Assembly (NCBI GenBank): GCA_963775425.1
Contig: CAVZJB010000016.1
Coordinates: 608,001 to 672,000, forward strand
DNA length: 64,000 nt
Source: an uncultured delta proteobacterium
GTDB taxonomy: Bacteria > Myxococcota > UBA727 > VGSZ01
Reading direction: 5' to 3'
The position numbers and the translations under genes are program-made. Positions 26,938 to 37,086 of this stretch are shown here, one piece after another (positions within the stretch are counted from its first letter, which is position 1; every line of letters starts with the position of its first letter). A model generated the notes under the pieces. The model was not told the DNA's origin, searched no databases, and saw only the letters and a list, made by a program, of their open reading frames with translations.

Positions 26938-28232
26938 CGCGCGCCCCGGGCGAGCGCGGCCACGACGGCGTCGACGCTCGCATCCACGAGCACCGGCTTG
27001 TTGTCTTCGACGCGCGCCTTGGCCTCGGTGAATTTCAAGCCGTTGGCCGTGCTCACGACGACGACCTCGTCGCGCTTCTTGATGAAGCCGCTGCCCCGGA
27101 GCTGGCGCACGCCCGCGTAGGCGGCGCCGGTCTGGGGGCACGACAACAAGCCCGTCCGATCGAGCGCGCGCATGGCGTCGACGAGCTCCGCCTCGCTGCA
27201 CGAGGTCGTCGTCCCGCCGGTCTCCGACAGCGCGATGCGCGCCCGCGGGAAGCTCACCGGGTCGCCGATGCGGATGGCGGTGGCGAGCGTGTCCCCGGCG
27301 ACCACCGGATCGAGCCGCGCGTAGCCCGACGCGCGCGCGCGGTGGAGCGGATCCGCCGCCGCCACCTGCGCCGCCACCAGACGCGGCAGCCGATCGATGA
27401 CGCCGGCGGCCCGGAGCACCGAGAAGCCGCGCCAGGCGGCGTAGACGTTCCCGAGGTTTCCGCTCGGCACCACGACGACGTCGGGCGCGCGCCAGCCGAG
27501 GTCGCGCGTGATCTCGAAGGCCACCGTCATCTGCCCGAGCAGCCGCAGCGGGTTCTTGGAGTTCGCCAGGAACATCCCCGGGCGGCGGCCGACGCCGGCG
27601 ACCACGCGCATGCACGCGTCGAAGTCGCCGTCTATCTCGAGCACCCGCGCGCCGTGCGCGAGCGGCTGCACGAGCTGCGCGGGGCTCACCTTCCCCTTCG
27701 GCAGCAAGACGACGACGGGGATCTTTGCGCGGGCGCCGTAGGCGGCGAGCGCGGCGGAGGTGTCGCCGGTGGAGGCGCACACGAGCGCTTCGACCTTCTT
27801 TTTGCGCGAGACGGCGCGGGCGGCGCTCACGAGCACCGTCATCCCGAGGTCCTTGAACGACCCCGTCGGCTGCTGCCCGCACTGCTTCACCCGAAGGTTC
27901 TTTTCGACGTCGACGAGGGGGCTGCGCCCTTCCCCGAGCGTGACGATGTCGCGGGCCGCCAGCTCCGGCAGCACCCAGTCCTTCCACATCCACACGCCCG
28001 AGGTCGCGGTCTTCGAGCGCTCGTCGAACAGCGCCCGCCAGCGCGCCCCCCCGCGCGCGCCCCGGGACGTCGACGCCGCGCGGCGGGTCTTTTTGGCAGG
28101 CGCCGCGTCGTCGACGAACGGGCCCACCGCCGCCACCTCGAGCAGGCCGCCGCACGCGGGGCACTCGGGGTGGCCCGAGAGCGCCGCCACGGCGGTGCCG
28201 CACTCGAGGCAGCGGAACGAGGCGCGGCTCAT
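26934..28232 (-). CDS. thrC: Threonine synthase
   Basis: N-terminal CxxC pair, TLGEG, PTGSFKDLGM, CASTGDTSAA, PSGNLGN, TANGLKF. Confidence 0.93.
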   Translation of the reverse strand: MSRASFRCLECGTAVAALSGHPECPACGGLLEVAAVGPFVDDAAPAKKTRRAASTSRGARGGARWRALFDERSKTATSGVWMWKDWVLPELAARDIVTLGEGRSPLVDVEKNLRVKQCGQQPTGSFKDLGMTVLVSAARAVSRKKKVEALVCASTGDTSAALAAYGARAKIPVVVLLPKGKVSPAQLVQPLAHGARVLEIDGDFDACMRVVAGVGRRPGMFLANSKNPLRLLGQMTVAFEITRDLGWRAPDVVVVPSGNLGNVYAAWRGFSVLRAAGVIDRLPRLVAAQVAAADPLHRARASGYARLDPVVAGDTLATAIRIGDPVSFPRARIALSETGGTTTSCSEAELVDAMRALDRTGLLSCPQTGAAYAGVRQLRGSGFIKKRDEVVVVSTANGLKFTEAKARVEDNKPVLVDASVDAVVAALARGAR

Positions 28233-29809
28233 GTCGTCATCCGGAAGCGGCCGTCGAGGGGGACGAAGGCGTCGGCGGCGCGGATGAGGGCGTCGTCGGT
28301 GGACGCGCGAAACGCCGCGACCTCCACGCGCTTGCGCTCGCGCTTGAGCCGCTGCACGAGGGGGATGAAGTCACCGTCGCCCGAGCACAGCACCACGACG
28401 TCGACGTCGTCGAGCTGATCGAGGATCTCCATGGCGATGCCCATGTCCCAGTCGGCCTTGCGGGATCCGTCGCTGCGCTCCTTGGGCCGCTTCTCGCGCA
28501 CGTCGTAGCCCGCCTCCCGGAGCGACTTCACGAAGCCCTGGTGCAGCCCCTCGTCGCCGTCCTTGACGACGAACGCCACCGCGCTCGCCTTGTTGCGCTT
28601 GTCGAGGACCTCGTCGAGGAGCGCGCGGTAGTCGAGCTTGCTGCCGAAGTCGCGGCGCGCGCTGGCCGAGAGGTTGGCGGCGTCCACGAACACCCCCACG
28701 CGCGCGGCGTCTCCGGCCGCGCCGCCCTCCACGGCGCCCGCGGGCGCACCGCCGTCGGCCGCCGCGAGCTGCCTGCGGGCCGCCTTCAGCTCCTCGCGCA
28801 ACCCCGCGATGCGCTCCTGGGCCGCAGCTTCGCGGCCCGCGATCAGGCGGAGCTGCTCCTCGAGCTCCTCGCGGGCGCGCTGCCAGCCGCGGGCCGCGTC
28901 GTCGTGCGCGCGCGCGTGGGCCGCGAGCTCCTCCTCGAGCTCGGCCAGCCGCGCCGCGCGCTCCGCCCTCGCTTCGAGGGAGCGGTTCTTCTCCTTCATG
29001 CGCTCGAGCTCCTCGAGCGTCGACGACAGCCGCGCCGGCTGGCTCTGCTCGAGCGCCGCGCGCACCGACTCCAGCTCGGCGCGCAGCTTGTCCCGCTCGG
29101 CCTCGACGCTGCGGCGTAGCTCCTCCTCCTCCCGCAGCGCGCGCTCGCGCTGGCCGAGGCGCACCATGAGCTCGCTGCGCTCACGCTCGGCGGACTCCTT
29201 CACGCCGACCGCCGCTTTCAGCTCCCGCTGCTGCTGCTCGAGCGCCTTTTCGTACGTGGTCAGCCGCTCTTCGACGCCGCCCCCGGGCGCGCCGTCGCCG
29301 GCGTCGGCGGAGGCGGCCGCGGCGTGGGCGTCGGCGGCCTTCTGCACCTGCGCGAAGGCCTCGGTGAGCACCTTGTCGGCGGCCTTCTTGTGGGCCTCGC
29401 GCCCGTCGCGCAACAGCGCCCACACGATGCGCGCGCGCTCGCGGCGAAAGTCGAGCGCGCGGTAGGTGGCGAGGCGCTCGTCGACGTGGGCCTCGTCGAT
29501 GGAGGCCACGATGTGCCGCTCCTTGTGGCAGCCGCGGTCGAGCTCCTTCATGAGCGCGAAGGCGATGTCCGCGTTTCTGTGGAAGGCGTCGGCGAGCCGC
29601 CCGACCAGCTCCGCGCGCGGCATCTGCCCCGGGCGCGGCGCCGCCCCGCGCATCTGCTTTTGCAGGACCTCCTCGAGGGACTTGCGATCGAGCGCGCCCT
29701 CGAGGACGAGGATGGTGCGCGGCGCGTCCAGCGCGCGCTTGAGATCTTCCCAGAGCTGCTTTTGCGGCGCGGAGCCGGCCTTGGGCAGCGGCGGGGGCGC
29801 GTGGCTCAT
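28229..29809 (-). CDS. Coiled-coil protein with C-terminal NYN (LabA/DUF88) domain
   Basis: VFVDAANL, KADWDMGIAM, LCSGDGDF, RVEVAAF, ADAFVPL; long heptad region. Confidence 0.85.
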   Translation of the reverse strand: MSHAPPPLPKAGSAPQKQLWEDLKRALDAPRTILVLEGALDRKSLEEVLQKQMRGAAPRPGQMPRAELVGRLADAFHRNADIAFALMKELDRGCHKERHIVASIDEAHVDERLATYRALDFRRERARIVWALLRDGREAHKKAADKVLTEAFAQVQKAADAHAAAASADAGDGAPGGGVEERLTTYEKALEQQQRELKAAVGVKESAERERSELMVRLGQRERALREEEELRRSVEAERDKLRAELESVRAALEQSQPARLSSTLEELERMKEKNRSLEARAERAARLAELEEELAAHARAHDDAARGWQRAREELEEQLRLIAGREAAAQERIAGLREELKAARRQLAAADGGAPAGAVEGGAAGDAARVGVFVDAANLSASARRDFGSKLDYRALLDEVLDKRNKASAVAFVVKDGDEGLHQGFVKSLREAGYDVREKRPKERSDGSRKADWDMGIAMEILDQLDDVDVVVLCSGDGDFIPLVQRLKRERKRVEVAAFRASTDDALIRAADAFVPLDGRFRMTT

Positions 29810-30093
29810 CGCCGCCCCGCGCTCGTCGTCGACGCCGACCCCGGGCACCGGCTGAGGGCCGGGTCCTGCGGATCGGCGACGCGGCACACGCCGCTGGGCT
29901 CGACGCAGACGCTGCCCTCGTCGCACTCGGCGTCGTCGTTGCAGCGCAGCGCGCACGCGCCTTCGAAGCAGCGGGCGCCGTCGGCGCAGTCGGCGTCGGC
30001 CGCGCAGCAGGGATCGCCGATGGGCAGCACGCAGCCGCCCGCACACAGGAGCGCGACGACGAGCCCCACCCCGACGGCGCGCGCGACGGTCAT
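29806..30093 (-). CDS. Small Cys-rich lipoprotein with two 4-Cys modules
   Basis: Lipobox AGGC; CAADADCADGARCFEGAC and CNDDAECDEGSVC. Confidence 0.7.
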   Translation of the reverse strand: MTVARAVGVGLVVALLCAGGCVLPIGDPCCAADADCADGARCFEGACALRCNDDAECDEGSVCVEPSGVCRVADPQDPALSRCPGSASTTSAGRR

Positions 30094-30097
30094 GGGG

Positions 30098-31931
30098 CTA
30101 CTCGCGGACGGGGAGGGCGCGCAACGCCGCCTTGCCCTCTTTCACGTAGACCTGGAAGCGAACGCTCTTCGCCTTGTGCTTCTCGATGATCTGCTGGCGG
30201 TTCTTCAGAAGCTTGGCCACGAAGCAATCGTAGGTGAGGTCGGTGGTGTCCTCGCCGCACTGCACGCGCGTCTCCACGAACTTGTCGTAGACGTCGCGAT
30301 AGTGCTGCTCGTCGGCGTTGGGCACGTTGGGCCGCGGGGCCGCCGCGGACAGGAGCTCCTGCGGCACCTCGGCGACGACGGTGCGGGCATCGTCCGCGCG
30401 CGCGGGCTGCGGCGGCTGGGCCATGGGCGGCGGGACCGCCTGGTGGCTGCCCGTGCTCGGCTGCGCAGACTGGTTCAACAGCTCCTGCGGCACCTGGAAC
30501 ATCACCGTGGCCTCGGGGCTCATCGACGCCTGCGGGCCGGGGCCGGGCTCCTGCATCTCCGGAGGCGGCTCCGGCTGCGGCGGCGGCTGCGCCGGCTGCG
30601 GCGGCTGCGACGACGGCGGCGGCACACGGAACGCGGCCAGCGGGTCGGCGGCGCCGTCGTCGAAGAGGCCCGAGAGCCCGCTCGGCGGATTCCGCCGGCG
30701 GGGGCGGCGGCGGCCGCGGCGAGGAGGCGGGCGCGCCGAGGGCGTCGAAGTCTCCGAAGGCGGGCGACGCGGCGCTCGGCCCCGAGGGCTCGCGCGCGCC
30801 GTTGGAGGGACCGAGCGAGGGCGTGGGCACGCCCGGCGGGGTGCCCGGCAGCGGCGAGGGGCTCGACAGCGTGCCGAGCGGCGCGCCCGGCCGGCTCGCC
30901 GACGGCATCGTCTGCAGGATCATGTTCACCTGCTTGCCGAGCCGCAGGAACTGCCCCGACAGCGACGCCTCCGGCAGGATGCCCACGCTGTTGCCCTGCG
31001 ACACCTGGCTCAGGTGGTCGACGATGACCTCGATGGGCTTGTTCACCGAGCGCAGCGTCGCGAGGATCAGGACGGTCTGGAGCAGCGCGATCACGAGGGT
31101 GCCGCCGAGGACGAGCACCTGCGCCCACGCGAGCGCGCGGAAGCCCTCGTTGCGGTCGGTGGCGACGAGCACGCTGATGCTGTCCCCGCCGAAGCCGAGC
31201 GGGATGGCGGTGATGTTGTAGCGCCCGTGATCCATCAGGATCGGGAACGCCGCCGGCAGCGGCTTGAGATCGAGGGCGCCCACGGCGCCGCGCAGCTTGA
31301 GCTCCTCGGCCGTGAGGTCCTTCAAGGCGTCGCCGAGCCGCTTGCCGTTGACGGAGAGCAACACCGGCGTCGACAGCCGCTGCGAGAGGCGGTCGGCGAA
31401 GGCGGCGTCGAAGGGCCACCCGAGGAGCACGACGCCGGAGAGGTCGGCGCCGTCGAACACGGGCGCGGCCGCGAGGTGATAGGTCTTTCCCGCGAACACC
31501 TTGATGCCGTCGCGCGCGATGCCCGACGCGGCCTCGGCGAACTCCGGCAGGCCGGACAGCAATCCGTCGAGCTTCACGTCGGCGCCGGCGTGGGCGGCGA
31601 CCGTGCCGTCAGGCTTGACGAGGGCGGCGAAGACGGGCGCGCCCTGGATGCCCGCGCGGCCGAGGAGGACGCCCTCCGCCTCCGGCGTGAGCTCGCCCTT
31701 CTTCATGGCGTCGCGCACGGACTTGTCGACGGTGGCCTTGGTGGCGGCCTCGACCTCTTCGGCCGCCGCCTGCGTCAGCGCACCGTTGACCGCGCTCACC
31801 GACTGGGTGGACATCGCCTCGAACGGGGGCATGACGCGCTCGTACAGGGCGCTCGTCCCGAGGAGCAGGACGAGCACGCCGGCCACCACCAGCACGACGA
31901 CCGTCAGCCAGAGCCGCAGTTGCAATCCCAT
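30098..31931 (-). CDS. MXAN_5187-type membrane protein, split by a single-base frameshift near 30690
   Basis: N-terminal TM/Cache-like/TM/HAMP-like part in one frame; C-terminal HYRDVYDKFVETRVQCGE..VRFQVYVKEGKAALRA domain in another. Confidence 0.75.
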
Positions 31932-31964
31932 GCTCTTCCCTTCGCCCTCCCAGCCGCCCGAAAG

Positions 31965-32747
31965 CTATGGCGTCCCGTCCTCTTTGGGCAAGCCCGAGGG
32001 CGGAACGGCGATCCGCATGGAGGCATCCTTGATGGACACCTCGACGACCTTGAGCGCGGAGACCGTTGCGTCGATGAAAACGAGCCCCTGATCGGGCACC
32101 TGCAGGGGTTGGATGCGCAGGGGCTCCGCCCCGAAGAAGAAGGTAAGCGTGTATTCGCCGCCGGGGATATCGGTGAGGGGGATCTCGTTGCCCTTCAACG
32201 GCAACACCCGCCCCTGATCGAGCACCTTCACCGCCGCCGTCGCATACGGCATCTCGACGGTGGAGAGCGTCCGGTCGCCGGTGCGGAGGTTGGCGTCGGC
32301 GGCGGCGCCGCCGGCGAGCTTGGCGAGCACGGAGCCGCCCTCGTCGACGATGGTGACGGTCTCGGCGTCGTGGTTTTCGATGTGGACGACGCCGGCCCGC
32401 GGCATCACGAGGCTGCCGGGGAGGAAGCGCCGGCCCTCGAAGCGAATCGTGGGGGTGGGCACGTCCTCCTGGCGAATGCCGTCCCCCTCGAGCATCACCA
32501 CGAGCGCCGGGGCGGGCTCGAGCAGCGGCCTGAGCGCCCGGCCCACGGGGCGGCGGACCAGGGCGCTGCCGCGCAGGGCCTTTTCCCGCGCCGGCGACAG
32601 CGCGGCCGGCGACGTCAGCAGCTCCTGGGCGACGACGACGCGGCCGCGGACGCCCTTTTGCTTGTCGAAGGGGACGTCGTCGGCGCGCGCGGCGCCCGCC
32701 AGAAACACGGTGGCGGCAAACAGGGCCGGCAGAAGGGTGCGGATCAT
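31965..32747 (-). CDS. Exported hypothetical protein (cupredoxin-like fold possible)
   Basis: Signal peptide ARA-D; RFLPGSLV..VHIENHD pattern; no complete Cu-ligand set visible. Confidence 0.6.
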   Translation of the reverse strand: MIRTLLPALFAATVFLAGAARADDVPFDKQKGVRGRVVVAQELLTSPAALSPAREKALRGSALVRRPVGRALRPLLEPAPALVVMLEGDGIRQEDVPTPTIRFEGRRFLPGSLVMPRAGVVHIENHDAETVTIVDEGGSVLAKLAGGAAADANLRTGDRTLSTVEMPYATAAVKVLDQGRVLPLKGNEIPLTDIPGGEYTLTFFFGAEPLRIQPLQVPDQGLVFIDATVSALKVVEVSIKDASMRIAVPPSGLPKEDGTP

Positions 32748-32774
32748 GACGGGCTACTCTATAGCGCACCGCCG

Positions 32775-34085
32775 ATGCGTAGCGCGGCCGCCCTCGGAAT
32801 CTTCCTGCTCGGCGCGGCCCTGGTCGGCGCGCTGGTGCTCGGGGACCTCCGCGCCCACCCCGGCCAGGACGCCGTGCTCTTCGCCGTCGCGCTCGCTGCA
32901 TGGGGGCTCGTGTGGCGGGCGGCTGCCGCGGGAGCGCCCGGCCTGCGCCGCCTGCTCCTGTTCGGGCTCCTCGGGGTCCGGGCGCTCGCCCTCGTCGGCG
33001 GGCCCACGCTCTCCGACGACGCCTTCCGCTACGTGCACGAGGGCCGCGCGCAGCGGCTGGGCCTGGCCGTCCCGTATTCGACCCCGCCGTCGGAGATCGT
33101 GCCGCCGCCCGACGACGGCACCACCGCACGGGTGAACCACAAGGACGTGCCCGCGGCGTACCCGCCGGGCGTGGAGCTGGTGCTGCTGGCGACGACGGCG
33201 CTCGGCGACGCCGTGGGGCACCCGCTGTTCCCGCTGCGGCTCTTCTTGTCGCTCGCCGACGCCGCCGTCGTGTTGATCCTCTGGCGGCGGCGCTCCGCGG
33301 CGTTCGCCATCTACGGGGCGCACCCGCTGCCGCTGCTCGAGGTGGCGCTCGGCGCGCACCTCGACGGCCTCGGCGTGTGTGCGCTCTTCGCCGCGCTCAG
33401 CGTCTCTCGTCCGCTGCTGCGCGGCGCGCTCCTCGGGCTCGGCGCGCACGTGAAGCCGGTGGCCCTCCTCGGCCTGTTGGCGTCGACGCGCAAGGACCTC
33501 GCGCGGACGGCGGCGGGGTGCGCCGTGGCGCTGGCGGCGCCGGTGGTGCCGTACGCGATCGTGAAGGCGCCGCTGTTCCGCGGGCTCCTCGAGTACGGGA
33601 CGCGCTGGCGGGCGGCGCCGTTTGTCTATGCGCTCCTCGAGGCGCCGCTGCGGCCGTTGTTCGACGCGCGGGCGGCGCGCGGGATCTACACGCACCTCGA
33701 CGCGTGGTTCCTCCCGCGGCCGGTGCTCGTCGACGCCGGCTTGGTCGCGCGCCTGGCCGCCGGGGCGCTGCTGTGCGTCGCGCTCGTCGTCATCGCGCGC
33801 GCGCGCGCGACGCCCGAGGCCAAGGTGGGCGCGGCGCTGTGCGCGCTGTTCCTGCTCGCGCCGACGGTGCACCCCTGGTACCTCGTCTGGATCGTCCCGT
33901 TCGCGGCGCTGTCGTCGTCGCGGGCGCTCTTGTTCTTCACCGCGGCGGCGCCGGTCCTGTACCAGCCGGTCTTCGCCTACGCCCGCGACGCCGGCTGGCA
34001 CGAGGACGTCTGGCCGCGCCTCCTCATGGTCGCCGCCCTCGCCGCCGGCGCGCTCGTCGACGCCCGACGACGCCTCGAGCCCTGA
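32775..34085 (+). CDS. Membrane GT-C glycosyltransferase (GT87/DUF2029-like)
   Basis: LSDDAFRYVHEGR, RVNH..AYPP, HLD, PTVHPWY; multiple TM segments. Confidence 0.82.
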   Translation: MRSAAALGIFLLGAALVGALVLGDLRAHPGQDAVLFAVALAAWGLVWRAAAAGAPGLRRLLLFGLLGVRALALVGGPTLSDDAFRYVHEGRAQRLGLAVPYSTPPSEIVPPPDDGTTARVNHKDVPAAYPPGVELVLLATTALGDAVGHPLFPLRLFLSLADAAVVLILWRRRSAAFAIYGAHPLPLLEVALGAHLDGLGVCALFAALSVSRPLLRGALLGLGAHVKPVALLGLLASTRKDLARTAAGCAVALAAPVVPYAIVKAPLFRGLLEYGTRWRAAPFVYALLEAPLRPLFDARAARGIYTHLDAWFLPRPVLVDAGLVARLAAGALLCVALVVIARARATPEAKVGAALCALFLLAPTVHPWYLVWIVPFAALSSSRALLFFTAAAPVLYQPVFAYARDAGWHEDVWPRLLMVAALAAGALVDARRRLEP

Positions 34086-35464
34086 CGGCGCGCCCCGGTG
34101 ACGCCGACGAAGACGAGCGCGGCGCCGCACAGCCAGAGAAACGGCGTGCGCGCCGCGTGCCCCGCGCTGCACAGGTGCGCCGCCGCGGCGAGGTGCGCGG
34201 CGCCGACGACGGGCTCGAGCCACGGCGCGCGGCGGCGGCGCACGGGCGCCCCCTTCTTGGGCGTGCGGTGAAACGTGCGATCGCCCGCGTCGAGCGCGCC
34301 GGCGACGGCGGCGGCGCCGATGCGCAGCGAGAGCGCGCAGCACAGCGCCACCGCGCACGCCGCGTCGACGACGGCGCGCCGGCCCCGCCCGCGCAGGCCG
34401 AGCGCGAGCGACAGGAGCGCCGGCAACGCTGCGGCGGCGGGGAACCACGCGTCGCCGGCGAGGGCCGCGGCCGGAGCGGCGGCGACGGCGACGGCGAGCA
34501 GCGTGAAGCACAGGTTCTGGGTGAGCTTGAGCGCGACGTCCGCGCGCGCGAGCGCGCCCTTGGCCGGCCGCCCGAACGCCCGCGCCCGCGCCGTCTGCAG
34601 CGCGCCCTTGGCCCAGCGCTGCTGCTGCGCGATCCACGCGTCGACGTCGTCGGGCAGCTCCGCGGGCACGACGACGTCGGCGGCGTACGCGAAGCGCGCT
34701 CCTCTGCCCCACGCGCGCACCGAGAGGTCGAGGTCCTCCGTGAGGGTGCGCGCGTCCCAGCCGCCGGCGTCGACGATGGCCTGCTTGCGCCACACGCCCG
34801 CGGTTCCGTTGAAGCCGAAGAAGCGGCCTGCGGATGCGCGCCCCCGCTGCTCGACGGCGAAGTGCGCGTCGAGGAGCGCGGCCTGCGCACGGGTGAGGAG
34901 CGAGGCGTCGCGGTTTTCGTGTCCCCAGCGCGCCTGCACCATGTCCGCCCGCGCGAGGAGCGGCACCGTGCGCTCGAGGAAGTCGGGCGCCGGCGCGAAG
35001 TCGGCGTCGAAGATGGCGACGGAGTCGCCCTTGGCGAGCGCCAGCCCGTGCGCGAGCGCGCCCGCCTTGAACCCCTCGCGCGTCTCGCGCCGCACGTGGA
35101 GCACGTCGACGCCGCGGGCGCGCCAGCGGCGGACGGCCGCGGCGACGAGGGCCGTGGTCTCGTCGCTGCTGTCGTCGAGCACCTGCACCTCGACGGGCAC
35201 CCCCGGCGGCCGCAGCGCACACGCCGCGTCGACGACGCGCACGCACACACCGGGCTCGTTGAACAGCGGCACCTGGACGGTCACCGACCCGATGCCGGCC
35301 GGAGCGACGCCGGCCTCGCACGGGTCCGGCCGTCGCGCCCGCGCCAGGTCCACGAGCGTCACGGCGCGCTGCAGGGCCCACGCGGCGAGCGCGGCCAGGG
35401 CGGCGACGACGACCCCGTGCGCGGCGGCTTCGGCCACGAGCAACGCGTGCGCGAGCGGCGTCAG
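33977..35464 (-). CDS. Glycosyltransferase family 2 (cellulose synthase-like)
   Basis: VQVPLFNE, QVLDDS, GFKAGAL, IFDADF, TLTEDLDLS, QQQRWAKG; start uncertain (CTG 35464 or nearby TTG/GTG). Confidence 0.88.
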   Translation of the reverse strand: MTPLAHALLVAEAAAHGVVVAALAALAAWALQRAVTLVDLARARRPDPCEAGVAPAGIGSVTVQVPLFNEPGVCVRVVDAACALRPPGVPVEVQVLDDSSDETTALVAAAVRRWRARGVDVLHVRRETREGFKAGALAHGLALAKGDSVAIFDADFAPAPDFLERTVPLLARADMVQARWGHENRDASLLTRAQAALLDAHFAVEQRGRASAGRFFGFNGTAGVWRKQAIVDAGGWDARTLTEDLDLSVRAWGRGARFAYAADVVVPAELPDDVDAWIAQQQRWAKGALQTARARAFGRPAKGALARADVALKLTQNLCFTLLAVAVAAAPAAALAGDAWFPAAAALPALLSLALGLRGRGRRAVVDAACAVALCCALSLRIGAAAVAGALDAGDRTFHRTPKKGAPVRRRRAPWLEPVVGAAHLAAAAHLCSAGHAARTPFLWLCGAALVFVGVTGARRQGSRRRRASTSAPAARAATMRRRGQTSSCQPASRA

Positions 35465-37083
35465 AGTGCGCAGCCGCGGAGCAGCACCAGGCCCGCCACC
35501 GCCCCGACGAGGAGGGCGCCGGCCGACCAGTACAGCGCCGAGCGCTTGATGAACGGCGCCGCCGTCACCCACGCCGTCACCGCCGACGGCGCGCCCGGGA
35601 AAGAGGGCACCAGGAGCGGGGAGCCCGCCGCGGACCCGTCGCTGTCGAGCATGGCGCGGCGGTTGGTGGTGCCGGTCCCGCGCGCGCGGCCGATGACGGT
35701 GTCCTGCGCCGCCGTGCGCCGCAGCTCCGCCTCGATGGCGCGCAGGTCCTCGTCGAACTGCGCCGCCACCTGGTAGCGCTCGTCGGGGTTTCGCGCGAGC
35801 GCGCGCACGATGCAGCGGTCCACCGAGAGCGGCACGGGCACGCCCCGCTCCGTCGGCAGCGCGAAGCGGCCGAGCGGCAGGTCGCCCGTCAACAGCTCGT
35901 AGAGGATGACGCCGGCGGCGTAGAGGTCCGCGCGCTGGTCGACGCGCTTGGCGTCGGTGCGCTGCTCCGGCGCCATGTAGTTCACGGTGCCCATGGTCAT
36001 CCGGCTCTTGGTGAGGTTCGGATGGGGATCGTTGTTCTCGTCGAGCATCCCCGCGAGCCCGAAGTCCACGAGCACGAGCCGCTCTTCACCGTCCTCGTCG
36101 GGCCGGTGGACGAGGATGTTCTCGGGCTTCAGGTCTCTGTGGATGACGCCGCGGGCGTGCGCCGCCCCGAGACCCTGGATCATCAGGCGCGCGTAGCGCA
36201 GGGCGAGGTCCGGCGACAAAGCGCCCTTGTCGAGCGAGCGCCGCAGCGGCGGCCCCTCGACGAACTCCATGCAGATGTAGTGCGCCACCGAGCCGTCGGG
36301 CTGGCGCGCGGAGCCCGCGTCCATGACGGCGACGACGCCGGGGTGGTTCACCGCGCGCATCGCCGCGCCTTCGCGCTCGAAGCGCTGGATGAAGTCCTGC
36401 CGCGCCGCGAGCTCCGGCGCGAGGATCTTGATGGCGCTCGCGCGCCCCGTGGTGTGGCGCGCGCGGTACACGCGGCCCATGGCGCCTTTGCCGACGAGCT
36501 CGGTGACGTCGTATTCGGGGATGACGGGCAGCGGCTCGGACGGCGGCGGCGGACGCGCGGCCTCCGGCGCGCCCTGTGGCGGGGCCAGCGGCGAGCGCGC
36601 CCGCGGCTCCGCGCCCGCCTTCGCGGGCGGCCCGCCTTCGTGGGACCGGCGCGGCGCCGGCCGGCCGGGGTTGGTGGTGCCGGGCTCGTCGACGAGGACG
36701 CGGGTGTCGACGTGATCGGCGACGGGGGGGAGCGGCCGCGACAGCTCGAACGCGGCCGCGCCATCCGGTCGGCGCTCGGCCGCGGGCGCGTCGGGGCGAT
36801 CGTTGATGGGCGGCGCGTGCGGCAAGGACTCCGGGTCGGTGTCGCTCACCTCGCCCACCTCGGAGGGCTCCGGCGGCATCGACGCGCGGTCGCGGTACCT
36901 CTTGGCGAGCGCCGGGTGGATGCCGAGGCCGTCGACGTCGTCGCGCGTGCGCTTTGCCTCGACGACCGGGACGCGCGCGCGCGCCTTGGGGAAGCGGGTG
37001 TTGCAGCGGTCGCAGCGCAGGGGACCCCCGGGGGCCACCCCGGTGTCGTCCACCATCGCATCACACGCGGGGCAACGTTCCAT
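35461..37083 (-). CDS. Ser/Thr protein kinase with N-terminal Zn-ribbon and C-terminal TM helix
   Basis: CPAC..CDRC; GKGAMGRVY, HRDLKPEN, DFG, YMAPE. Confidence 0.92.
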   Translation of the reverse strand: MERCPACDAMVDDTGVAPGGPLRCDRCNTRFPKARARVPVVEAKRTRDDVDGLGIHPALAKRYRDRASMPPEPSEVGEVSDTDPESLPHAPPINDRPDAPAAERRPDGAAAFELSRPLPPVADHVDTRVLVDEPGTTNPGRPAPRRSHEGGPPAKAGAEPRARSPLAPPQGAPEAARPPPPSEPLPVIPEYDVTELVGKGAMGRVYRARHTTGRASAIKILAPELAARQDFIQRFEREGAAMRAVNHPGVVAVMDAGSARQPDGSVAHYICMEFVEGPPLRRSLDKGALSPDLALRYARLMIQGLGAAHARGVIHRDLKPENILVHRPDEDGEERLVLVDFGLAGMLDENNDPHPNLTKSRMTMGTVNYMAPEQRTDAKRVDQRADLYAAGVILYELLTGDLPLGRFALPTERGVPVPLSVDRCIVRALARNPDERYQVAAQFDEDLRAIEAELRRTAAQDTVIGRARGTGTTNRRAMLDSDGSAAGSPLLVPSFPGAPSAVTAWVTAAPFIKRSALYWSAGALLVGAVAGLVLLRGCAL

Positions 37084-37086
37084 GCG

